A stretch of DNA of 13,437 nt from contig JBFRWI010000206.1 of the NCBI GenBank assembly GCA_051439505.1, positions 1 to 13,437 of the forward strand, given 5' to 3'. The stretch comes from Hormoscilla sp. GTDB lineage: Bacteria; Cyanobacteriota; Cyanobacteriia; Cyanobacteriales; Desertifilaceae. Below, one piece after another: positions 6,049 through 13,437 of the stretch. The translations under genes were made by a program, and so were the position numbers. Every line of letters begins with the position of its first letter. The first letter of the stretch is position 1. The notes under the pieces were generated by a model. That model did no database searches. It was not told where the DNA came from and saw only the letters and a list, made by a program, of their open reading frames with translations.

Positions 6049-7209
6049 ATGACAGAAATCACAGATAAAGTAAATGAGAATCAAAACAAAGAAGAAATAG
6101 ATATCTCGGCAAAGTACCTGATGGCAACCCTGAAGTGGACGGCAGCAGTAGATTTGGATTTGATGGCGTTTTATCAAGCTAAAGATGGTCGCAATGGCGG
6201 GATTTATTCAGATAATTATGCTGGGTCGGCCACGGGTAGCCTGAATGAGTTTCCTTTCATTGAACTGAGTGGCGATGCAGGGGTCGAGGCCGAAACCGGA
6301 GAACATGAGGAAGTCCTGCACATTACTAAACTGGAGGAATTGGCAAAACTGTATATTTGCGCTGTCAATTTCACTGATGCCGTGAAGAACCGCAATCAGT
6401 CCTTTAGCAGTTATGATGCTAGCGTGGCAGTTGTCGATAACAAGGGGAAAATAGCGGAAGTATCTCTGGACTCTCAAGTTCCAGGTGTGGTGGCAGTCAT
6501 CGCGAAGATTGATAACACAAATCCCACCGGAGTTAAGCTAGTGAATGAAAACCGCATCATGGATGTGGCGACGTTCCAAAAGACGATTCCCGGTGCCAAT
6601 AGCGTGAATCTTTCGGACAAGGTGGTGCTGCAAGATAATGGAGATGCAGTACAGCTAAAAACTAACTCGGGTGGGAGACTGGGTGAAATTTCGGTCAACT
6701 TAAACTGGCATCAAAAGCAGCAAGCGTCAGTGGGAGAAGAAAACAAAATTATCGACCTTGACTTGGGTTGCTTGTTTGAGTTGACTACGGGAGAGACGGG
6801 AGTGGTCCAACCCTGGGGCGATGTTTGGGGCAATTTCGATCGCCCTCCTTTTATTATCCATTGTGGGGATGACCGGACGGGTGCTAGTTCTGAGGGTGAG
6901 ACTTTGCGGATTAATGGTGACAATATTTCTATGTTCAAACGGATTTTGGTTTACGCTTATATCTATCAAGCGACTGCTAATTGGCCCGATGCTGATGCCG
7001 TGGCGACGATTAAGCAACCCGGACAAGCAAATATTGTAGTCGAGTTGAATCAGTACAGGGGTGAAAAGGGAATCTGCGCGATCGCCCTTTTGGCAAATAC
7101 AGGCGAGACCTTCAGCCTCAAGAAAGTGATGGGATATTTCTCCACATATAAACAAATGTATCGGACATTCAATTGGAATATGGAATGGACACCTAAAAAG
7201 GATAAGTAG
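6049..7209 (+). CDS. Tandem TerD-fold protein, diverged paralogue of 2253..3437
   Basis: Same two-domain layout: LKWTAAVDLDL...LSGDAGV, then VNLNW...IDLDLGCLFE...HCGDDRTG...GETLRING...FNWNMEW. GAGG RBS upstream. Confidence 0.88.
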   Translation: MTEITDKVNENQNKEEIDISAKYLMATLKWTAAVDLDLMAFYQAKDGRNGGIYSDNYAGSATGSLNEFPFIELSGDAGVEAETGEHEEVLHITKLEELAKLYICAVNFTDAVKNRNQSFSSYDASVAVVDNKGKIAEVSLDSQVPGVVAVIAKIDNTNPTGVKLVNENRIMDVATFQKTIPGANSVNLSDKVVLQDNGDAVQLKTNSGGRLGEISVNLNWHQKQQASVGEENKIIDLDLGCLFELTTGETGVVQPWGDVWGNFDRPPFIIHCGDDRTGASSEGETLRINGDNISMFKRILVYAYIYQATANWPDADAVATIKQPGQANIVVELNQYRGEKGICAIALLANTGETFSLKKVMGYFSTYKQMYRTFNWNMEWTPKKDK

Positions 7210-7264
7210 GCATTCAGTTTTGATTTTGTGTAACTCCAAATAGCATGGGATATTTAGAAAAGCT

Positions 7265-7317
7265 AAGTCTTGGGGTAGATGTCAATATCCAAAACATTGA
7301 AGTCTTGGGGTAGATGT
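7265..7317. repeat. Perfect 18-bp direct repeat pair upstream of the sensor kinase
   Basis: AAGTCTTGGGGTAGATGT at 7265-7282 and 7300-7317, with a 17-bp spacer. Confidence 0.8.
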
Positions 7318-7395
7318 GAAGGTGAAAAATTAGGAAAATAAGATGATTGCGGGAAAATAGGTTAAACTGGTGACGAACAGATCGAGGAGAAAAAA

Positions 7396-10300
7396 ATGAA
7401 CTCAAAACTAGCCACAGAAGTCGGGGGTACTCAGTCCGGTGTGACAAGCTACCAAATTGACGATTGGGATGAGTCTCAAAAAGCTTTAGCAGGGGTAATT
7501 GCCCGGGTGCGAGAGTCCCTGGACTTAGAGACGATCTTCAACACCACCGTCACGGAAGTCCGTCAACTGCTCAAAAGCGATCGGGTAGGAGTGCTGCAGT
7601 TTTCCCCAGAGTTAGGCTGGCGGGGACAATTAGTTTCAGAAGACGTGCAGTCTCCTTGGAAGCAAGCCATGGATATTAAAGTCCAGGACCACTGCTTTGG
7701 CGAACGCTTTGGACCGTTGTATCGGCAAGGTCGCATCAGCGCTATCTATGATATCTATAAAAAGGGCCTGCGTGATTGTCACGTCACGATTCTCGAACAA
7801 TTCCAAGTCCGGGCCAACTTGGTGGCCCCGCTGCTAAAGCAGGGCGATCTCTGGGGACTGCTATGCGTGCATCAATGCAGCGGGCCGCGCCTGTGGAAGA
7901 TGCCCGAGATTGAATTTACTAGCCAAATTGCCCAACATCTGGGAGTGGCCCTGCAACATGTGGACTTGCTAGATAAAGCCCTCTATCAGGCCCGACAACA
8001 AAAGGCTTTAGCTAGCGTAATTGGTCGCATCCGCCAGTCCCTGGACTTAGACCAGATATTTAACACGACCGTCACGGAAATGCGCCAGTTGCTCAACGTC
8101 GATCGGGTGGGGGTGTTTCAGTTTTATCCCGAGTTGGACTGGGAGGGGGAATTAGTTTACGAAGATGTGGCACCCTACTGGAAGTCCGGGATGGCGATCA
8201 AAGTCAAAGACCATTGCTTTGGCGAGCATTTTGCTTCCTTATATCAGCGGGGTCGGGTGAGTGCGATCGCCGACATCTACCAAGGCGGGTTGCAAAGTTG
8301 TCACGTCCAGACCTTAGAAAAATTTCAAGTCCGGGCCAACTTAGTCGCCCCCCTGATCAAAGGAGAGCAACTGTGGGGGTTACTCTGCGTTCATCAAGGG
8401 ACGCCCCGGAACTGGGATGAATCTGATACAGAATTTGTCCGGCAAATTGCCGAACATCTGGGAGTGGCCCTTCAGCAAGCAGATTATCTCCAGCAAGTGC
8501 AGTTGCAAGCAACCCAACTGGCAAAGGCAGCAGAACGGGAGAAAGCCGCACAACGAGAGAAAACTTTGGCGACGATCGTCGATAAGATTCGCCAGTCCCT
8601 CGACATCAATATAGTGTTCCAGACCGCGACTCAAGAAGTGCAGCAACTCCTAGAAGTCGATCGCTCGGCAATAATGCGCTTCTTGCCCTCGGGAAATCGA
8701 GAGTTTGTCGCCCAGTCAATAGCTGAAGGTAGCATCTCGCTAGTGGAAACTCAGCTAGTAATTAGCGGTCCTCGTGAAACTGCGGTAGTTGAGGATATCT
8801 ATCATGCAGGTTTGTCAGACTCTCACATCGCCCAGTTGGAACAATTGCAGGCCAAAGCCTATATAAAAGTGCCGATTTTGCAGGGAGAAAAAATCTGGGG
8901 CTTGCTAGCAGTTTATCAGAATTCCGGTCCCCGGGCTTGGCAAGGGTATGAAGTAGACTTACTTGGGCAAATCAGCACTCAACTGGGGGTAGCTCTGCAA
9001 AAATCAGAGTATATCAAACAAGTTGAGGCCCAGTCGGCAGAATTGGCGATCGCCGCCGCACGGGAGAAAGCGGCACTGCGGCAGCAAACCATCGCCATCA
9101 CCATAGAAAAAATTCGTCGCTCCCTCGACCTGGATATCATTTTCCAAACTACGGCTTTAGAAGTCAAGCAATTACTGCAAGCCGATCGGGTGATTATCTA
9201 TCAGTTTAATTCCGACTGGAGTGGGAAATTTCTGTTTGAAGTCGTCGCCGACGGTTGGACTCCTCTGATGCAGAAACAATTGTCCCAACCGGAACTGGGT
9301 CGGAACGTAAGTGCCTGTAGCCTGCAAAATTTAGCTCAAGCGGAAATTGCCGATAGCTACTTGCAAGACACCCAGGGAGGCAAATTTTCCCTGGGCGAAC
9401 GGGTGCGCGCTTGCGATGATATTTACAATGCCGGCTTTACTGACTGCTACCTTCAGGTTTTAGAAGAGTTGGAAGCCAAAGCTTACGTTATTGCCGGCAT
9501 TTATCAAAATGAAAAACTCTGGGGATTGCTGGCAGTTTATCAGAACTCTGATTCCCGTCATTGGCAACCCGAGGAGATAGGACTGCTAGCACAAATTAGC
9601 ATGCAATTAGGAGTAGCTCTCCAGCAAGGGGAATTACTGCAACAAACTCGGCAGCAAGCAGCAGAACTGGCCCAGGCCCTGCAAGATTTACAGCAAGCTC
9701 AAACCCAGTTAATCCAAAGTGAAAAAATGTCCAGCTTGGGGCAATTAGTTGCCGGTATAGCCCATGAGATTAATAACCCGGTTAACTTTATCTATGGCAA
9801 CCTCACGCACGTGAATCAGTACGCTGGAGATTTACTGGAACTGCTGCACCTCTACCAGGAACATTATCCAGACCCAGCATCAGAAGTTCAAGACCTAGCG
9901 GAAGAAATAGACCGGGATTTCCTGATGGAAGACTTGTCCAAAATTCTCAATTCGATGAAAATGGGAGCAGAACGCATTCGGCAGATCGTCCTGTCATTGC
10001 GCACCTTCTCCCGACTGGACGAGTCGGACATGAAAGCAGTTGATATCCATGATGGCATCGACAGCACTCTGGTAATCTTGCAACATAAGTTCCAGACAGA
10101 GTCGGATGATACGGCGAGGATTGAACTGGTTAAAGAATATGGGACATTGCCTTTAGTAGAGTGCTATGCTGCCCAACTGAATCAGGTGTTTATGAATATC
10201 CTCAGTAATGCGCTGGACGCTTTGGCAGAAAACCCAGAAGATAACCAGACAATTCAGATTAGCACAGAACGGGTTAATGACTTTGTCGTGATTCGCATTG

Positions 10301-10506
10301 CCGATAACGGTCCCGGGATACCAGAAGACGTGCGATCGCAGATATTCAACCCCTTCTTTACCACCAAACCTGTAGGCAAGGGAACGGGTTTAGGACTATC
10401 CTTAAGCTACAAAATTGTGGTAGAGCAGCATAAGGGCAAGCTCGACTGCATTTCCCAACCCAGTGAAGGCACCTCATTGATAATCAAGATACCGATCAAG
10501 CAATAG
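7396..10506 (+). CDS. Multi-GAF cyanobacteriochrome sensor histidine kinase (4 GAF + HisKA + HATPase_c)
   Basis: GAGGAG RBS. GAF1 and GAF2 have DHCF + CH; GAF3 is degenerate (SH); GAF4 has an insert Cys (NVSACS), [10 protein letters not shown] and CY. Kinase boxes: H-box [11 protein letters not shown]-box [12 protein letters not shown]1 DNGPGI, F-box FNPFFTTK, G2 GTGLGL. Confidence 0.95.
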   Translation: MNSKLATEVGGTQSGVTSYQIDDWDESQKALAGVIARVRESLDLETIFNTTVTEVRQLLKSDRVGVLQFSPELGWRGQLVSEDVQSPWKQAMDIKVQDHCFGERFGPLYRQGRISAIYDIYKKGLRDCHVTILEQFQVRANLVAPLLKQGDLWGLLCVHQCSGPRLWKMPEIEFTSQIAQHLGVALQHVDLLDKALYQARQQKALASVIGRIRQSLDLDQIFNTTVTEMRQLLNVDRVGVFQFYPELDWEGELVYEDVAPYWKSGMAIKVKDHCFGEHFASLYQRGRVSAIADIYQGGLQSCHVQTLEKFQVRANLVAPLIKGEQLWGLLCVHQGTPRNWDESDTEFVRQIAEHLGVALQQADYLQQVQLQATQLAKAAEREKAAQREKTLATIVDKIRQSLDINIVFQTATQEVQQLLEVDRSAIMRFLPSGNREFVAQSIAEGSISLVETQLVISGPRETAVVEDIYHAGLSDSHIAQLEQLQAKAYIKVPILQGEKIWGLLAVYQNSGPRAWQGYEVDLLGQISTQLGVALQKSEYIKQVEAQSAELAIAAAREKAALRQQTIAITIEKIRRSLDLDIIFQTTALEVKQLLQADRVIIYQFNSDWSGKFLFEVVADGWTPLMQKQLSQPELGRNVSACSLQNLAQAEIADSYLQDTQGGKFSLGERVRACDDIYNAGFTDCYLQVLEELEAKAYVIAGIYQNEKLWGLLAVYQNSDSRHWQPEEIGLLAQISMQLGVALQQGELLQQTRQQAAELAQALQDLQQAQTQLIQSEKMSSLGQLVAGIAHEINNPVNFIYGNLTHVNQYAGDLLELLHLYQEHYPDPASEVQDLAEEIDRDFLMEDLSKILNSMKMGAERIRQIVLSLRTFSRLDESDMKAVDIHDGIDSTLVILQHKFQTESDDTARIELVKEYGTLPLVECYAAQLNQVFMNILSNALDALAENPEDNQTIQISTERVNDFVVIRIADNGPGIPEDVRSQIFNPFFTTKPVGKGTGLGLSLSYKIVVEQHKGKLDCISQPSEGTSLIIKIPIKQ

Positions 10507-10526
10507 TTAACAAATAAGAGTAGGGT

Positions 10527-10755
10527 CAATACTTCTCGGTTAAGAATATAAGTTGTCATTGCGAGGGGGGGTACTCCGCGATTAATTTCACCAATGAGCG
10601 TTAACCCCCCCCGAAGCAATCCCCCGCCCAGTTGTGAGATTGCTAGCTGCTGCGCAGCCGCTGCGCTAACGGGGGGATTGATCGCGACGATCCCGCTCCG
10701 AGATCAGTTTGGGCATCCCCCCTCGCAATGACAAGTTGTTAACCGAGAAGTATTG
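10527..10755. mobile_element. MITE, 229 bp, perfect 17-bp TIR, 10-bp target-site duplication
   Basis: CAATACTTCTCGGTTAA (10527-10543) / TTAACCGAGAAGTATTG (10739-10755), flanked by AGAGTAGGGT at 10517-10526 and 10756-10765. No transposase is encoded. Confidence 0.92.
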
Positions 10756-10758
10756 AGA

Positions 10759-10779
10759 GTAGGGTGGGCACCGCCCACC
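10759..10779 (+). repeat. REP-like GTAG-hairpin element (target of the MITE insertion)
   Basis: GTAGGGTGGGCACCGCCCACC; its 5' part is duplicated on the other side of the MITE. Confidence 0.85.
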
Positions 10780-10927
10780 ACCATCGCCGGAGCCGGATCG
10801 CTATTTGGAAATGTGTCAAATTTGCTGTCCACCTACTTAGATATGTCACGTAATACAAAATGTGGTAGGATTGCGCTCTGGGCTCGCGGTTGCGGTCAAG
10901 GATGGCAGAATTGCTGCTAAGCTGTCG

Positions 10928-11150
10928 CAATACTTCTCGGTTAAGAATATAAGTTGTCATTGCGAGGGGGGGGTACTCCGCGATTAACGGCCTGATAAAT
11001 TTAGATAACCCCCCCCCCCGAAGCAATCCCCTCGCGCAGTATAAGTCGGTGAGATTGCTTCGGGGGGATTTGTTCAAGGGTCAACACAGCTGTTAATTTG
11101 CCAGCCCCCTCGCAATGACAGGATGACAGGTTGTATCCCTTGAAGTATTG
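10928..11150. mobile_element. Second, degenerate copy of the same MITE family
   Basis: The first ~60 bp match copy 1 except for G-run length, and the internal stems are the same. The right TIR retains only the terminal GAAGTATTG, and the flanks (TAAGCTGTCG vs TATGTAGCCC) show no TSD. Confidence 0.8.
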
Positions 11151-11213
11151 TATGTAGCCCATTGAAATTGCTACGGCCCAAGAGCTGAAACCATTGCTAT
11201 AAAAGGGTTTCCC

Positions 11214-11246
11214 AATTTTGAATTCAGAATTTTGAATTTTGAATTG
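11214..11246. repeat. Heptamer tandem repeat (STRR-like), AATTTTG x~4.5
   Basis: AATTTTG AATTCAG AATTTTG AATTTTG AATTG. Confidence 0.75.
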
Positions 11247-11415
11247 CTGCTAGCAGTGTATTATCCCAGGGTGGAGAAGAACGATTAGGTCATTAACGAT
11301 CTCTAAAAGAAGCCGCTTGTAAATATACTTAAAAATAGCCAAGAAAGTTGTCATGCACTCTCGTAGGCCAAAACGTTGCGTTATCCCTGTCGAAGATGGC
11401 CGCAAGGAAAAAACA

Positions 11416-13437
11416 ATGAAAGAAAACACAGTGACAGTAAACCTAGCAGCAGGGGAAACTAAACCAGATGGCGCGATCGCCCAAGACAGGATCTCCCAGC
11501 AGCAAGCATTAGCAGGAGTAATTGCCCGCATCCGGGAATCCCTGGATATAGAAACCATATTCACTACCACCGCCAGGGAAGTGCGCCAGTTGCTAGAGGC
11601 CGATCGGGTAGCAGTGTTTCGCTTTTACCCCGATCGCGACTGGGAAGGAGAATTCGTTTCCGAGGATGTAGCACCGGAGTGGGAAAAGGCCCTGTCGGCG
11701 AAAGTCTACGACCACTGCTTTGGCGAGCAGTATGCTATCCACTATCAAGAGGGGAGAGTACAAGCAGTAGCAGATATCTACGATGCCGGTTTGAGTGATT
11801 GCCATGTCGAGATTCTAGGCAAATTCAAGGTCCGCGCGAACCTAGTAGTGCCCCTGCTGCAAGCAGAACAGCTGTGGGGGTTGCTGTGCATTCATCAATG
11901 CAGCGGTCCCCGCCAGTGGCTGGAATCGGAGATTGATTTCGTCAAGCAAATAGCAGACCACTTAGCAGTAGCCCTCCAACAGGCTCAATTGCTGGAACAA
12001 GCCCGCAGGAAGGCCCAGCAGCAACAGGCCCTGACCGGGGTAATTACTCGCATCCGCACGCCTCTGAATTTAGACCACATCTTTAAGATCGCGGCCACGG
12101 AAGTGCGCCAGTTGCTAGAGGCCGATCGGGTGGCAGTGTTTCGCTTTCACCCCGATCGAGACTGGGAAGGAGAATTCGTCTCGGAGGATGTCGCACCGGA
12201 GTGGGAAAAGGCCCTGTCGGCGAAAGTCTACGACCACTGCTTTGGCGAACAGTATGCTGTCCACTATCAAGAGGGGAGAGTGCAAGCAGTGGCAGACATC
12301 TACGATGCCGGTTTGAGCGATTGCCATGTCGAGATTCTGGGCAAATTCAAGGTCCGCGCGAACCTAGTAGTGCCTCTGCTGCAAGGAAAGGATCTCTGGG
12401 GGTTGCTGTGCATTCATCAATGTAGCGGTCCCCGTCAGTGGCAGGACTATGAGATCTCCTTTGTTCGGCAAATAGCAGATAACTTTGCGGTGGCCCTACA
12501 GCAGGCAGAGTATCTAGAGCAATTGCAGGCACAAGCCGAACGGCTGGCAAAGGTCGCCGCACGAGAGCGGACTCTGACTGCCACAGTAGAGAAAATTCGC
12601 CAGTCCCTCGACCTAGATCGCATTTTCCAGACTACCACTGACGAAGTTAGGCAGCTGCTGCAAGCCGAGAGGGTGGCGATCTATCGCTTTAATCCAGATT
12701 GGACTGGTTCGTTCATGTCCGAGTCCGTAGCTTCGGGGTGGAAGAAGCTGATGTTAGAGCAGTTTCAACACCGGGATATCTATGAAAATGTTAATCAATG
12801 CAGCGTGCAAGATTTGGCTCACCCTCCTGCCGATACTTACTTGCAAGAAACTGCTGGAGAGTTTTTCAGTCGGAGCGAGTTGTATCGGATTTGCAATGAT
12901 ATCTATAATGCTGGCTTTAGCGACTGCTACATTCAGGCGTTAGAGAGCTATCAAGCTAGAGCTTATGCCATTGTTGCCATTTACCACGGTGAAAAACTCT
13001 GGGGGTTGCTAGCAGCTTATCAAAACTCAACAGCACGTCACTGGCAACCCGATGAAGTGGACTTGCTAGTCGGGATTAGCAATCAACTGGCGATCGCCAT
13101 TCAGCAAACAGAATACCTCAAGCAAGTAAAGACACAATCGGCACAACTGGCCCAAGCGCGAGAACAAGAAAAGGTGGCGGAACGGCAGAAAACTATAGCC
13201 GCGATCGCGAACAAAATCCGCCAGTCCCTGGAAATAGATATTATCTTTGATACTGCCACGACAGAAGTCAGGCAACTGCTAGAGGCCGATCGGGTAGCAA
13301 TTTATCGCTTCTTACCGGACTGGACTGGGGAGTTTGTCGCCGAGTCAATGGCACCGGGGTGGACGCCCCTAGTAGGAGTGCAACCGCTCATTGAAGATAC
13401 CTTCTTGCAAGAAACCCAGGGAGGTCGGTATGCCAAC
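11416..13437 (+). CDS. Multi-GAF cyanobacteriochrome sensor protein (3' partial, at least 4 GAFs; output domain outside window)
   Basis: Open from ATG 11416 (AAGGA RBS; alternative in-frame ATG at 11353) to the window end, 674 codons. Reads MKENTVTVNL...IARIRESLD; two DHCF+CH GAFs (11710, 12232), an insert-Cys GAF (NVNQCS...DTYLQETAG...DCY), and the start of a fourth GAF (EDTFLQETQGGRY). Missing from the ORF track because there is no stop codon. Confidence 0.93.
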   Translation, partial: MKENTVTVNLAAGETKPDGAIAQDRISQQQALAGVIARIRESLDIETIFTTTAREVRQLLEADRVAVFRFYPDRDWEGEFVSEDVAPEWEKALSAKVYDHCFGEQYAIHYQEGRVQAVADIYDAGLSDCHVEILGKFKVRANLVVPLLQAEQLWGLLCIHQCSGPRQWLESEIDFVKQIADHLAVALQQAQLLEQARRKAQQQQALTGVITRIRTPLNLDHIFKIAATEVRQLLEADRVAVFRFHPDRDWEGEFVSEDVAPEWEKALSAKVYDHCFGEQYAVHYQEGRVQAVADIYDAGLSDCHVEILGKFKVRANLVVPLLQGKDLWGLLCIHQCSGPRQWQDYEISFVRQIADNFAVALQQAEYLEQLQAQAERLAKVAARERTLTATVEKIRQSLDLDRIFQTTTDEVRQLLQAERVAIYRFNPDWTGSFMSESVASGWKKLMLEQFQHRDIYENVNQCSVQDLAHPPADTYLQETAGEFFSRSELYRICNDIYNAGFSDCYIQALESYQARAYAIVAIYHGEKLWGLLAAYQNSTARHWQPDEVDLLVGISNQLAIAIQQTEYLKQVKTQSAQLAQAREQEKVAERQKTIAAIANKIRQSLEIDIIFDTATTEVRQLLEADRVAIYRFLPDWTGEFVAESMAPGWTPLVGVQPLIEDTFLQETQGGRYAN

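Larger units (their letters stand above)
1885..13208. other. Dispersed HIP1 octamers (GCGATCGC)
   Basis: Seen at 1885, 3309, 4604, 7078, 8263, 9046, 10332, 11473, 13090 and 13201. Fewer than one is expected by chance in 13 kb; this is a cyanobacterial genome signature. Confidence 0.9.

Noticed and set aside
184..7209. Assigning terA/terD/terZ/terF gene symbols to the four paralogues
   Set aside because: The architectures and N-module motifs differ from the canonical proteins, and orthology cannot be established without searches.
7265..7317. Mini CRISPR array
   Set aside because: Only two 18-bp repeats with a 17-bp spacer, too short for CRISPR, and no cas genes in the window.
194..9167. Other short antisense or alternative-frame ORFs inside the ter and kinase genes
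   Set aside because: They overlap well-supported CDSs and have no motifs or RBS support.
10407..11077. Minus-strand ORFs 10407..10619 and 10739..11077 sharing PPLAMTTYILNREVL
   Set aside because: The shared peptide is simply the translated left end of the two MITE copies.
10527..11150. Composite transposon formed by the two MITE copies
   Set aside because: Copy 1 has its own TSD, the outer flanks do not match, and the 172 bp between the copies carry no cargo gene.
11577..12442. DGR template/variable repeat pair
   Set aside because: Differences are mostly synonymous third positions and not adenine-specific, both copies are in-frame GAF domains, and no reverse transcriptase is in view.
11250..13275. 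Short ORFs listed across 11250-13275 (mostly minus strand)
   Set aside because: They are shadows of the long + strand GAF gene; the repeated ones mirror the GAF duplication.

Overview
Cyanobacterial chromosomal window (at least 10 HIP1 GCGATCGC sites, heptamer tandem repeats, cyanobacteriochromes). All credible genes are on the + strand. The left half (1-7209) is an unusual Ter-type stress-response cluster. It holds the 3' end of terB, four paralogues that share one ~190-aa TerD-fold N-terminal module fused to different C-terminal modules (vWA; TerA-C-like; a second TerD-fold copy; TerA-C-like), and a soluble M48 metalloprotease-TerB fusion. A small frameshifted antitoxin-like gene flanked by REP-like elements interrupts the cluster. 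The right half (7396-end) holds two tandem multi-GAF cyanobacteriochrome sensors: a complete 4-GAF histidine kinase, and a second gene missing from the ORF track that runs off the window end. Intergenic DNA is dense in miniature elements: GTAG-hairpin REP-like repeats (two supply stop codons), a 229-bp MITE with 17-bp TIRs and a 10-bp TSD inserted into a REP, a degenerate second MITE copy, nested micro-insertions and heptamer arrays. Family assignments come from motif recognition by eye; no database searches were run.
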